Virus record (IMG/VR): IMGVR_UViG_3300049573_000247 | Span: 32,001-96,000 of that record | DNA: 64,000 nt | Direction: 5' to 3' (one strand) | Source of the DNA: a virus | Taxonomy: Duplodnaviria > Caudoviricetes | Shown: positions 46,150-54,628 of the stretch, piece by piece | Position numbering within the stretch: the stretch's first letter is position 1 | How the letters are laid out: each line of letters starts with the position of its first letter | Notes under the pieces: generated by a model | Told to the model about the DNA's origin: nothing | The model's database searches: none | Seen by the model: only the letters and a program-made list of their open reading frames with translations | Position numbers and translations under genes: made by a program

Positions 46150-46538
46150 GACCCGTCCTCTCACATTTCCCGGGCGCACCAAGGGACCCGCCCACCCGAA
46201 GGCAGGCGGGTCCCAACTCACCCGGATTTACCGTATGACCCGCACGTCGACATGATTGCCGCTCACCCACATCCCTCCGGTTCGGTGGCCGGAAGCGCGG
46301 GGCCGCGCTCGCTCTACTCCGCGTGCCAGGTCTGCCCTCTGGGGACAACTCGCGCGCACCGACACCCAACCCGCAAGGGAAGGCACCCGATGCGCATGAA
46401 AAATACTCAGAGATCCGACCTTATGACTCGTAACCCGCTAGACAGTGTCCAGATTGTCCCGAATTTTATATTTCATGTGTGGTCTGTTCATGTTGGGGCC
46501 GCACGGGTTGCGTTGGTTTTGTCCGTTTTGGGGACATG

Positions 46539-46563
46539 AAAAAAGGCCGCCCGTGGGCAGCCT
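46539..46563 (-). terminator. intrinsic terminator
   Basis: aggctgccc-ac-gggcggcc followed by T6 on minus strand. Confidence 0.8.
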
Positions 46564-46584
46564 GATTTCTTTTGCGCGGTTTGT

Positions 46585-47469
46585 TCACTTTTCGACTTTC
46601 ACGAAGGTTGCGAGGTCCTTCAGGAATTGTCCGAATTCTCCGGACTTGTAGCGTTTGGGCAACCCTTGGGTCAAGCTGGTCACTTCGCTAGGCGAGTAAA
46701 GGTCAATATCGACCATTTCGCCCGGTTCGATGCGTGAGGCCAGTTCCCGTAGCGTGTCGCTGCGGTTGTCGCCTGCCAGCTTGCCGCGCTTGGCTTGAAT
46801 GTCGTGCACCCTTGCGAGCATGACGAGCATGTCGCGCGGGATTGCGAGCGTGTACCGGTTCGCGACCGGTTCGCCAGCGCTTGCGGGTTCGGTTGCGTCT
46901 CGCATGACGTTCGCGAGCGCTTCCCTTGCCGTAGGGTCGCTTTTGTACATAAGGTGCTTATTGCGTGCCGTGAGTGGTTTATCCACCCCGGCACCGTGCG
47001 GCATGACGTACTCGATACCGCCCGTAGACACGTGCCGCTTTTGCGAGCGCGCTTTACGTGCGATCGGAGAGAGCTTGTCAAGATACGCGTCCGATGAGAA
47101 CGCGTCGATTGCCGCGTGATAGTAGCCGGTTTTGCGGTAGCGGTCGCGCGCTTCCGTCGAAATACCCGATTCATCCCTATGCGGGAGGTTGGGGCCTTCC
47201 GACAGTTCGCGCACATCCATCACTGCGGGAGCGTGCTTGCGGTACTTACCCGCAAGCGCCGCCGCGTGATTGGGGCCGCTAACGATACCGTCGGCCGGGA
47301 AAGTCGTCTGCGCTGGCGTAAGTTCGCCACGATTGCCCTGATATGAAATTCGGGCGTCGTAGGCGTGTTGCGCCATCGCTTCCGCGTTTTGGTCCGACCG
47401 GATTTGCTTGGCGCGTTCGGGAGTCTCGTAAGCCTCCACATCCGCAGCCGTGATGAATGCTCTATGCAT
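46585..47469 (-). CDS. isolated basic 294-aa protein with atypical (lower GC) codon usage
   Basis: long ORF, SD GAGG, own terminator. Confidence 0.75.
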   Translation of the reverse strand: MHRAFITAADVEAYETPERAKQIRSDQNAEAMAQHAYDARISYQGNRGELTPAQTTFPADGIVSGPNHAAALAGKYRKHAPAVMDVRELSEGPNLPHRDESGISTEARDRYRKTGYYHAAIDAFSSDAYLDKLSPIARKARSQKRHVSTGGIEYVMPHGAGVDKPLTARNKHLMYKSDPTAREALANVMRDATEPASAGEPVANRYTLAIPRDMLVMLARVHDIQAKRGKLAGDNRSDTLRELASRIEPGEMVDIDLYSPSEVTSLTQGLPKRYKSGEFGQFLKDLATFVKVEK

Positions 47470-48064
47470 GGCAAACCTCTCGGTAGCTAGTCCTCGCGCA
47501 ACTATCCCCTTCGCATATAGCTAGCCGTGGCACAGTTCACCCCCAAGGGAGCGCCCAGCGCTGGGCGGGATTCGTCGCGCGTCTGCGCTTCAAACACACT
47601 GTTCGGTTAAGGCGGCCGCAATGAGGGCCGCACGGTGACAACATTCGCCTGCCCGGGTTCTGCGCCCCCTTGCGGGTTCGCGTCGCTCGGAAGCGATGAC
47701 ATAACTATGTCAGACGCCAGCGCGGGCCGTTTTCACGGGCCTTGAGCTGGGGTTTCATTTTGTCCGTTTTGCGTTTCGCCTGGTCATGGGCTTATGGGAG
47801 GAAATGGGGTCGGCCCTTGGGGGGTCATGAGAGCGCTTGCCAGAAAGGTCACGGTTTGGTAAAGACTGCGTATGGGCTGGTCATGGGCTCAAGATTCCTG
47901 AAATTCGCACGGTATCGACATTGTGGACAGTCGAGCGGTAAGCGCTTGCCTTACACAGTGGACAGTCACAGTAGTCACGCTAGGCAACAGACGTCACAAG
48001 CGGCCAGCGCGCGCCCGGATCGCAGGCTGTGACAGAGGGAGGCTAGCGGTGCGAGACGATACGG

Positions 48065-48268
48065 ATGAGGCATTGACGGCGTGAGCTGGGAGGATACAGC
48101 GTTTCGCCTGGTAGATTCGTTGCACTGTCGCAAGTGGAGCCGGGAGCGTCCAGAGTGGACGGCTTGGGGCTGTAGTGGCGTACGCCTGCCAGCGCGACAG
48201 GATTAGTCGAATGAGGCAATGCGGCCGTGAGCTGCGGAGATACGCGTTTCCGCTGGTAGATTGCTTGC
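48065..48268 (+). repeat. two imperfect ~58-bp direct repeats (48065, 48211)
   Basis: ATGAGGCA..G...CGTGAGCTG....GATAC.GCGTTT...CTGGTAGATT..TTGC. Confidence 0.85.
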
Positions 48269-48644
48269 GACCGGTTCGCCTAGGCCGCTAGGGCAGGCGT
48301 AGCGCGCTCCTGTGGCGCGGCCTAGGCCACGGGTAGGGACGCGCCACGGGAGCGGCGTAGGGACGCGTACAGCGGCCTAGGCAGGCAGGCGGGTACGCCT
48401 GCCCTAGCCCTCTCCGCACGGTGCGCATGTGTGCGCGCGAAATAGCACAGTGCCGCGCTGGCGTCAAGTCATGGACAGTGATTGTTATCGAGTCGTGATG
48501 TCGTGCTGGCACGGAATGGAGCGCTCCCAAAAGTGGAGACGCTGGTCAAGCGCACATTGCGTGCATACCGAGTATGAACACATTGTTCACGGAATGCCAC
48601 ACCGCGAGACGCCAGCTACGGAACGCAACCACACAGCTACACAG

Positions 48645-48860
48645 AGACAGTCCACATGAGAGGCAGATAACCGCGCGGCAAGTGCCAGCACGCTAAACCG
48701 CAGATTCCACAAGAGACGCCCACAGATTCCACACAGGACACGTCCACAAGAGACACGCAAGCCTCCACATCGGACGCCCACACAGGACAGACACGAAACC
48801 ACACGTCCACACACGACAGTCCACACAGGACAAGTCCAAAATCGACAGTCCACACAGGAG
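48645..48860 (+). repeat. array of TCCACA / CCACACAGGA boxes
   Basis: TCCACA at 48651, 48706, 48728, 48743, 48764, 48806, 48820, 48849. Confidence 0.85.
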
Positions 48861-48952
48861 GGCCGATCCGTCGACAGTGGACGCCACCCCCTTAAAAGAT
48901 AGGGGGGGTCGTGAAATTTTCCGAGATCATCATGGTAGCACGTGAAGGATGT

Positions 48953-49252
48953 TCACGCCTGGGGGTGGCGTTTTCCGGGGGCGGCTGGTCTGCCGATGGT
49001 GGGGCTTTGGGCTGCGCGTTGGTGGCTGAGGGTGATGCGTTGTTGGTTCCAGGTTTTCCAGTCGTGTTCGCGTTCTTGGAGCCAGAGGGGGGTGGGGGTG
49101 GTTTTGTTGCCGATGAGGTGTGCGTCGGGTGGTGGGCTGGGGAGGTCGGGGTCGTTGTGCCATTTGTTGATGAGGTGGTTGATGTTGCTGGGGGCGTATC
49201 CGAGGGTTCTGGCGATGTGGCTGGTGGTGATGTAGGTGGGTGGGGTGTTCAT
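48953..49252 (-). CDS. small HTH DNA-binding protein
   Basis: YITTSHIARTLGYAPSNINHL...PPPD...PLW. Confidence 0.7.
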   Translation of the reverse strand: MNTPPTYITTSHIARTLGYAPSNINHLINKWHNDPDLPSPPPDAHLIGNKTTPTPLWLQEREHDWKTWNQQRITLSHQRAAQSPTIGRPAAPGKRHPQA

Positions 49253-49378
49253 TGGGTGGTCCTTGGTGGTGGGGTGCCGCGCTGCTCGGGGTATGACTGC
49301 CGTGCAGCGCGGCGGCTTGGGTGTTCATGGATGTTTGTGGTGTTCACGTTAGCAGGTTGTGGTGGTGGGGGTAGGGCG

Positions 49379-49957
49379 ATGTCGGGTGAGGTCGCGTCGT
49401 GTTCGGGTCTAGACTTCCTGGCCATGCAGGTGAGACGTAATCTGCCTTTCGGCCATGTGCCGGAGGAGCATCGGGTGCAGGTGTTCGCGGGTTTGGGCGC
49501 GGAGTACGGCTCTGTGGAGGAGCTTGAGAAGGTCGAGTTGTGGTTGTCAGTGGCGGCGGCTGAGTGCACGTCTTGTTGTCAGCGTCTGGTGTGGCTACTG
49601 GCTAAGGATGTGGGGGCGGTGGCGGCGTTGGGGAAGGTCGTGAAGTGGTTGTTCACGGCTGCGCCGCCGCCGGAGGGGGCGCATGAGGAGTTGATGGAGT
49701 TGTTGCGGTGGAGTTCGGTGGGTGATCGGGCGGATCTGGTGGTGGAGGTTGCGAACGATTTTGTTGCGCGGCGGCGTGCGGTGAGTGGGGATGTTGCGGG
49801 GTCGTTGGGGGGTGGTGAGTTACTGGTGGGGTTGGAGGAGGGGGGTGATGGGCTGGGTTTCGCAGGGGAAGACGGCGGTTTTGGGGTGGTCGGGTGTGGC
49901 GTGGAGGAGGGTTTCGAGGGGGTTGAGTGGGGTGAGGAAGGCGATGACGTGCCATAG
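49379..49957 (+). CDS. CxxC helical protein (paralog 1)
   Basis: CTSCCQRLVWLLAKD; 3' end overlaps convergent gene. Confidence 0.55.
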   Translation: MSGEVASCSGLDFLAMQVRRNLPFGHVPEEHRVQVFAGLGAEYGSVEELEKVELWLSVAAAECTSCCQRLVWLLAKDVGAVAALGKVVKWLFTAAPPPEGAHEELMELLRWSSVGDRADLVVEVANDFVARRRAVSGDVAGSLGGGELLVGLEEGGDGLGFAGEDGGFGVVGCGVEEGFEGVEWGEEGDDVP

Positions 49958-50266
49958 GCCGGTGGTGTCGTGGGGTGGGGGGTTTCCCCAGCCGGGGATG
50001 ACGGTGAGGGTGTTGGTGAGGTGGGGGTAGCGCAGGAGGGCGTTGCGGGTCCATTCGGGGACGGCGAGGAAGTAGGGGCTGTCGCGCCATCGGTAGCGGA
50101 GTTCGAGTTGTACTGATTCGATGAAGACGCCGAGGAGTCGGGTGGTGTCGGTGGGTTCTTCGGTGTCGGAGAGTTTCCAGTAGGGGGTGTCTCCTGCTGC
50201 TTCGATGATGCGTCGCATGGTCATGTTGATGTGGGCGTGTACGGGTCCGGGGATGTCGGTGCGCAT
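49820..50266 (-). CDS. hypothetical protein
   Basis: 148 aa ORF. Confidence 0.6.
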   Translation of the reverse strand: MRTDIPGPVHAHINMTMRRIIEAAGDTPYWKLSDTEEPTDTTRLLGVFIESVQLELRYRWRDSPYFLAVPEWTRNALLRYPHLTNTLTVIPGWGNPPPHDTTGLWHVIAFLTPLNPLETLLHATPDHPKTAVFPCETQPITPLLQPHQ

Positions 50267-50280
50267 GGGGTGACGCTAGC

Positions 50281-50964
50281 TTAGAGGCGTTTCCCGGGCT
50301 GGTATTTCTCTCGTGTTTCGAGGTAGTCGTCGGGTAGCTGTTCGACGGGCCCTGGGGCGGGGAGGCCTTGCACGTGCCTGGCGAAGTACTGGGCGAGTGG
50401 CTGTCCGGCTTGCCAGAGGTGGCGGGTGTAGTTGCGCCACGGGGTGACGACGTCGGGGTCGGTGAATCGGATGTTGCGGTCTTGGACGCCGTGTTCGTCG
50501 TAGGTGTGGAGGTAGAGGACGGTGTCGTCCATGGTGCAGATCTCGGGGAGTTCGGAGCCGTAGGTGTGTTCGTCGCCGGTGGTGACGGTGGTGGGGAGGA
50601 CGCGGATGGTGCCTTCGAAGATCTCGTCGCGTAGGCGCAGCAGGTGGAGTTCCCATTGGAGGTAGGGGCCGATGGGTTCGTCGACGATGCGGATGCGGCG
50701 TGCGGTGATGTCGTGTTCGGTGGTTTCGCCGTAGTGGGCTTTGAGGTCGGCGCGGCGTCCTTCGATGAGCTGGAGGGCGAGGTTCCAGTTCCCGCGTTGG
50801 AATGCCTGCCATGAGGCGTCGTGTGGTTCAGCGAAGTGTGTGGCGCGTTCGAGTTTCCAGAATTCGGTGGCTTGCCAGAAGCGGGTGTTGAAGTCGGCGA
50901 AGAAGGTTTCGTCGGGGAGGTACTCGCCGTCGGTGGGGTCCAGTGGTGGTGGGACGGTCGTCAT
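50281..50964 (-). CDS. DUF6879 family protein
   Basis: FWKLER..F.EP..SW.AF..G.W; RRIRIVDEPIGPYLQWE; LPE. Confidence 0.85.
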   Translation of the reverse strand: MTTVPPPLDPTDGEYLPDETFFADFNTRFWQATEFWKLERATHFAEPHDASWQAFQRGNWNLALQLIEGRRADLKAHYGETTEHDITARRIRIVDEPIGPYLQWELHLLRLRDEIFEGTIRVLPTTVTTGDEHTYGSELPEICTMDDTVLYLHTYDEHGVQDRNIRFTDPDVVTPWRNYTRHLWQAGQPLAQYFARHVQGLPAPGPVEQLPDDYLETREKYQPGKRL

Positions 50965-51145
50965 CGCGGGTGCCTTCCGGTGGGTATGGGACAGCCCGGG
51001 GGACGGAGGTCACCCCGGGCTGTTCGGGTTGGGTGGCCGAGACGGTGGCTGCCCAACCCTATGTGTCGTCATACTTCGCGTGCGCCAGCGTAGCATCCGC
51101 GACCGGCTCGCGTTCGCCCGGTTCACCGCAACACTTCGTGAACAT

Positions 51146-51169
51146 TGTCCGGTTCTGTACGATTTGTGT
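51146..51169 (+). promoter_or_regulatory. leaderless promoter of terS with TGTCCG box
   Basis: TGTCCGGTTC 51146; TACGAT 51158-51163; ATG 51170. Confidence 0.65.
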
Positions 51170-51811
51170 ATGTCGAATTGGGATGAACCGATCGAACTCG
51201 ATGAAGACATCGAGTTGTGGGAGCAGCAGCCGGGCGAGACCGACGAGCAGTACACCTTGTTCAAGATGTACATGAAGCTGTCGCCGCAAGCCGACACGGA
51301 CAGCCGTGAAGTGCTGCCCCGTCGGATCTCCGAACTGTTCGGCAAGACCGACTTCTCCGACCGACACGTCAAGCGCCTCGCACGCCGCTACTGCTGGGAG
51401 GTGCGGGCTCGCGCGAACGACCTCGCGAAGGTCCAGTCCGTGCAAGGCCAGCTCGAACACCACTGGCTCGTCCTGGTCGAGAACCGGTTGAAGCAGCTGT
51501 CGAAGGCCGAAGAGATGATCTTCAAAGCCATGGAAGTGATGCTGCAGGAAGCCGACACATGGAAGCTTCGCGACCTGGTCTTGCTGTGGGAGACATCGGT
51601 GAAGGTCGGCAACGGCATCCTCGGTATGACCCGACTGGGCGGACCCGAGCAGGCTGCCGTCGCGCATGCCATGGCCACCTCCCGCACCGAAGTCACCGTC
51701 GGCGGCGCCGGTGACTCGCTTGACGCCCGCACCATCGAACTTGCCGAGGAACTCCGGCGCAGGGCCGAACTCGCCACCGCTGCCCCGGCACCGGCGATCG
51801 AACAGGACTAG
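51170..51811 (+). CDS. terminase small subunit-like protein
   Basis: WEQQPGET..Y..F..Y...W..RA.A.D pattern plus helical C-terminus. Confidence 0.7.
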   Translation: MSNWDEPIELDEDIELWEQQPGETDEQYTLFKMYMKLSPQADTDSREVLPRRISELFGKTDFSDRHVKRLARRYCWEVRARANDLAKVQSVQGQLEHHWLVLVENRLKQLSKAEEMIFKAMEVMLQEADTWKLRDLVLLWETSVKVGNGILGMTRLGGPEQAAVAHAMATSRTEVTVGGAGDSLDARTIELAEELRRRAELATAAPAPAIEQD

Positions 51812-52170
51812 TCGACGACGCGCTGCTGCTGCTCGATGAGTTCGACCAGCGCGCGCAGATCATCAGCGACCGCGCTGGCCCGCTCGGTCAACGTCATGAT
51901 CAGCAGCGCGTTCGGCCGTTTGATGTCAGGGCCGGGAAGGAGCGCCCCGGGTTCGACCTCCAGCGCTTCGGCTACGAGGACGAGATCGGTGACGCTGATC
52001 GGCTGCGAGCCCACTTCCCAGCGGGCGATGCTGACCTGATGGACGCCGACTTCCTCGCCGAGCCGCTCCTGCGTCCACTCGCGCTCTTTACGGACCTGCG
52101 CGATCCGGCGCCCGACCAGCGGCACGATCTGCGTGGCATACCCGGGACGCTTGAACTTGCGCGAGGACAT
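51808..52170 (-). CDS. XRE-family HTH regulator
   Basis: GRRIAQVRKEREWTQERLGEEVGVHQVSIARWEVG. Confidence 0.9.
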   Translation of the reverse strand: MSSRKFKRPGYATQIVPLVGRRIAQVRKEREWTQERLGEEVGVHQVSIARWEVGSQPISVTDLVLVAEALEVEPGALLPGPDIKRPNALLIMTLTERASAVADDLRALVELIEQQQRVVD

Positions 52171-52286
52171 CCGTATCTCCTTCATGATGGCGGCGTGGCG
52201 TATTGATCATCGCCGACGACGCCCCGCTACCATCAGCGGGTACTTCATGTTCGGTCTGTCACCCTCACCATGGAACAGGAGCGCCT

Positions 52287-52727
52287 GTGAACCCTTCACG
52301 ACATGACGTCGACCTCCACCTGGACGAGCGGTTGTCTCACGAGCAGCGGCAGGTACTGCGGCGGATGCCGGAAGCGCGGCGGCTGGTGTGGACCGCGCAC
52401 GAGATCGGTCTCAGCCAGTGCCTGGCGTGTTCGAGGAACATGGCGAACCGGGTAGCCGCCTCAACCGAGGCGATGATGGAACTGGCGCGCCTCGCGCACG
52501 CGACTGATCTCGCCCTGGAGAAACCCAGCGCCTACCATGACGGGCTGCCGCACCGGCTCGACGAAGCCGCGCTCCGCGACGACCTCTACCAGGCGTCCGC
52601 AATGCAGCGACGCGACATGGCCGTGCAGGCCCTCCACATGCTCGCCCACGACCTCCCCGCCGCCCGACGAAAGGCAACGCAATGGAAAACGGAACTGGAC
52701 ACGGCTACCGATCCCACTACCGGTTGA
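52287..52727 (+). CDS. CxxC helical protein (paralog 2)
   Basis: SD AGGAG; CLACSRNMANRVAAS. Confidence 0.7.
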   Translation: MNPSRHDVDLHLDERLSHEQRQVLRRMPEARRLVWTAHEIGLSQCLACSRNMANRVAASTEAMMELARLAHATDLALEKPSAYHDGLPHRLDEAALRDDLYQASAMQRRDMAVQALHMLAHDLPAARRKATQWKTELDTATDPTTG

Positions 52728-53173
52728 TCGTCGACGGGGACGGCGTCCGCGAAGCCCTCGGCGAAGACCGGCACGTCGCGCTCGCCGAGAACGCGGTCTG
52801 CGCTGAGCTGGACGGGTGCGTGCCCTGCTTCGAAGCGGTCATCGACGACATCGCGGCCGAGCCGACCGCGCTGCTCACCGCGCGCCGGTTCGGCTCGCTC
52901 ATCCTCGGATTCGCCGAAGGCATCACGCCCATCGGGTCAGACGAAGAAGCGCAGGAGCTGCAGATGATCGTGACGCACCTCGCGCAGTCACGTGGCCTCG
53001 CGGCCGAGCTGCTGCAGTTCTGCGCCATGAACATGCTCGCCGCCCACCACGGACACGAAGCACACCCCCACCACGGGCGCAGCGGAGGCGGCGCGAAAAC
53101 GAAGAAGCGGAAAGTCGTGCGCCACCCGAACCCGCGAGTGCGCACGAAAGGCGAACGACGCCAGGACGGCTAA
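52724..53173 (+). CDS. CxxC helical protein (paralog 3), basic tail
   Basis: TTGA overlap; CVPCFEAVIDDIAAE. Confidence 0.7.
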   Translation: MIVDGDGVREALGEDRHVALAENAVCAELDGCVPCFEAVIDDIAAEPTALLTARRFGSLILGFAEGITPIGSDEEAQELQMIVTHLAQSRGLAAELLQFCAMNMLAAHHGHEAHPHHGRSGGGAKTKKRKVVRHPNPRVRTKGERRQDG

Positions 53174-53586
53174 GGCCGTGGCGGCGTCAGCGAACCGAGG
53201 AACCTGATCTGGTAGATCCGGCACCCGCACGGCTGGTTGACCTCCTCCAAAGAGACCTGGCCGTGGTCGTTAATGTGGTACGCGCCGGTATAGCCGATGA
53301 TGGCCTCGTCGCAGGACTTGCAGCGCGGCGGTAGCTCACCGGAGGCGTCGTCGACACGAGCGCTCCCGAGGCGTTCAGCAACGGCTCGCTGCATCGCATG
53401 CGCCTGGCGGAAGATCAGCACGAGCATGCCGGTCTGCGCCATGACGACGACTGAAGCGACCAGGACGATGATCGCCGTGGCCATGAGCATTGACCCGAAC
53501 ACCTTCGGAGTCCCGGAAGCGAAACCGACAGCCGTCGCCAGCCCCGAGAGCGCCGCAACGGCGGCGAGGAAACGCACTGATTTCAT
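53170..53586 (-). CDS. membrane protein with C-terminal Zn motif
   Basis: two TM helices; CKSC...PCGC. Confidence 0.7.
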   Translation of the reverse strand: MKSVRFLAAVAALSGLATAVGFASGTPKVFGSMLMATAIIVLVASVVVMAQTGMLVLIFRQAHAMQRAVAERLGSARVDDASGELPPRCKSCDEAIIGYTGAYHINDHGQVSLEEVNQPCGCRIYQIRFLGSLTPPRP

Positions 53587-53642
53587 GAAGGATCATCCTT
53601 GCTGTTCATAGATTCGTCGCAGGCCCAGCAGCAGATTCGCCG

Positions 53643-54545
53643 CTAGCTGAGGGTGTGGAAGACTTTCTCGGCCTTGCGGCAGGACCGCATGAACTCGTTG
53701 ATGCCCATCGTCGTCATCCTCAGCCTGTGCACCATCACCGAGGGCAGCAGCGTCGCCACCGACAAGTGGACGGTCTCATCCTTCCAGTGGTCTTCCACCG
53801 TGGGATCGGCGAACGCGTCGATAATGTCCTCTAGCGCTTCCACCGGGAACTCGCCGTGGAGCAGCTCCATGTCCTCCGCGAGCCGGTCGCGTTCCCCACG
53901 GTCAGGATTACGGCCTTCGAAGAGCATGTGGAGGGCGCCGCTGGCGGCGTTGTAGACCATGACCGACCGCTGGTGAGGCGTTTTCGTGTCATCTTTGAAG
54001 AGCAGCTTCGCGGCGCCATCGGGGTCGACGCAGACCGTCCTGTAGAACTCGGCGTAGTCCTCACCGAACGCCTCGATCATCGACTGGCGTCCCCGCGCGA
54101 AATGGTCCACGGCGTTGCCCACCCAACGGTCGACGTCGGCGTCGGTGAAGGCGGCGACAGCGTAGATGCCGTGCGGAAGAAGAAACGCCGTGCGGCGCAT
54201 GACCGTGGGGTGGATCGAGTCCAGCCGCCGCTGCGCCGCCACCGAATCAGGCGTGAAGCAGCTCTCGATGATCGTGGCCAGCGCGAACGTGTCGACCGGC
54301 TCGTTGAAGATGCGGCGCATGCGGGAGGCGAGGGTCCGGATCTGTGCAGGCTTCGGCATGTTCGGCATGTTCGGCATGTTCGGCATGTTCGGGAAGCCGG
54401 TCATGATGGCCTGCTGGGCGGCGCAGGAGCGGAGCATCGCTTGTTCGTTCGCAGGCCACTGGTCGAGTTCGGTCTCGGCGGCGGCGGGGTCGGTAAGGAT
54501 GAGGCGGAAGAAGCGGACCACGTTGGGGTCGGGTGGGTTGGTCAT
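53643..54545 (-). CDS. hypothetical protein with internal duplication and PNM repeats
   Basis: RFFRLILTDPAAA / EFYRTVCVDPDGA; ATG abuts tRNA 3' end. Confidence 0.7.
   Translation of the reverse strand: MTNPPDPNVVRFFRLILTDPAAAETELDQWPANEQAMLRSCAAQQAIMTGFPNMPNMPNMPNMPKPAQIRTLASRMRRIFNEPVDTFALATIIESCFTPDSVAAQRRLDSIHPTVMRRTAFLLPHGIYAVAAFTDADVDRWVGNAVDHFARGRQSMIEAFGEDYAEFYRTVCVDPDGAAKLLFKDDTKTPHQRSVMVYNAASGALHMLFEGRNPDRGERDRLAEDMELLHGEFPVEALEDIIDAFADPTVEDHWKDETVHLSVATLLPSVMVHRLRMTTMGINEFMRSCRKAEKVFHTLS
54352..54392 (+). repeat. 9-bp tandem repeat TTCGGCATG x4.5
   Basis: read directly; encodes PNMPNMPNMP. Confidence 0.9.
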
Positions 54546-54546
54546 G

Positions 54547-54628
54547 TGGACCGGGCAGGATTTGAACCTGCGATGCATGACGCAGCTGGTTTACAGCCAG
54601 CCCCTTTTGGCCGCTCGGGCACCGATCC
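54547..54628 (-). tRNA. tRNA-Tyr(GUA), long variable arm, CCA not encoded
   Basis: GGATCGG TG CCCGAGCGGCCAAAAGGG GCTGG CTGTAAA CCAGC TGCGTCATGCATC GCAGG TTCAAAT CCTGC CCGGTCC A. Confidence 0.92.

Larger units (their letters stand above)
47470..48910. other. non-coding control block (candidate origin / packaging or terminus region)
   Basis: no credible ORF; many direct and inverted repeats; composition switch near 48895. Confidence 0.7.

Noticed and set aside
48065-48268. 58-bp repeat pair as CRISPR repeat-spacer-repeat
   Set aside because: Copies are too long and too divergent, and the gap is about 87 bp
48645-48860. TCCACA repeats as a CRISPR or mini-array
   Set aside because: Repeats are 6-10 bp with irregular 14-55 bp spacing and repetitive spacers; no cas genes in the window
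47742-48887. Short ORFs in the control block, including Cys/Val-rich minus ORFs
   Set aside because: Translations merely reflect the CACA/TGTG repeats
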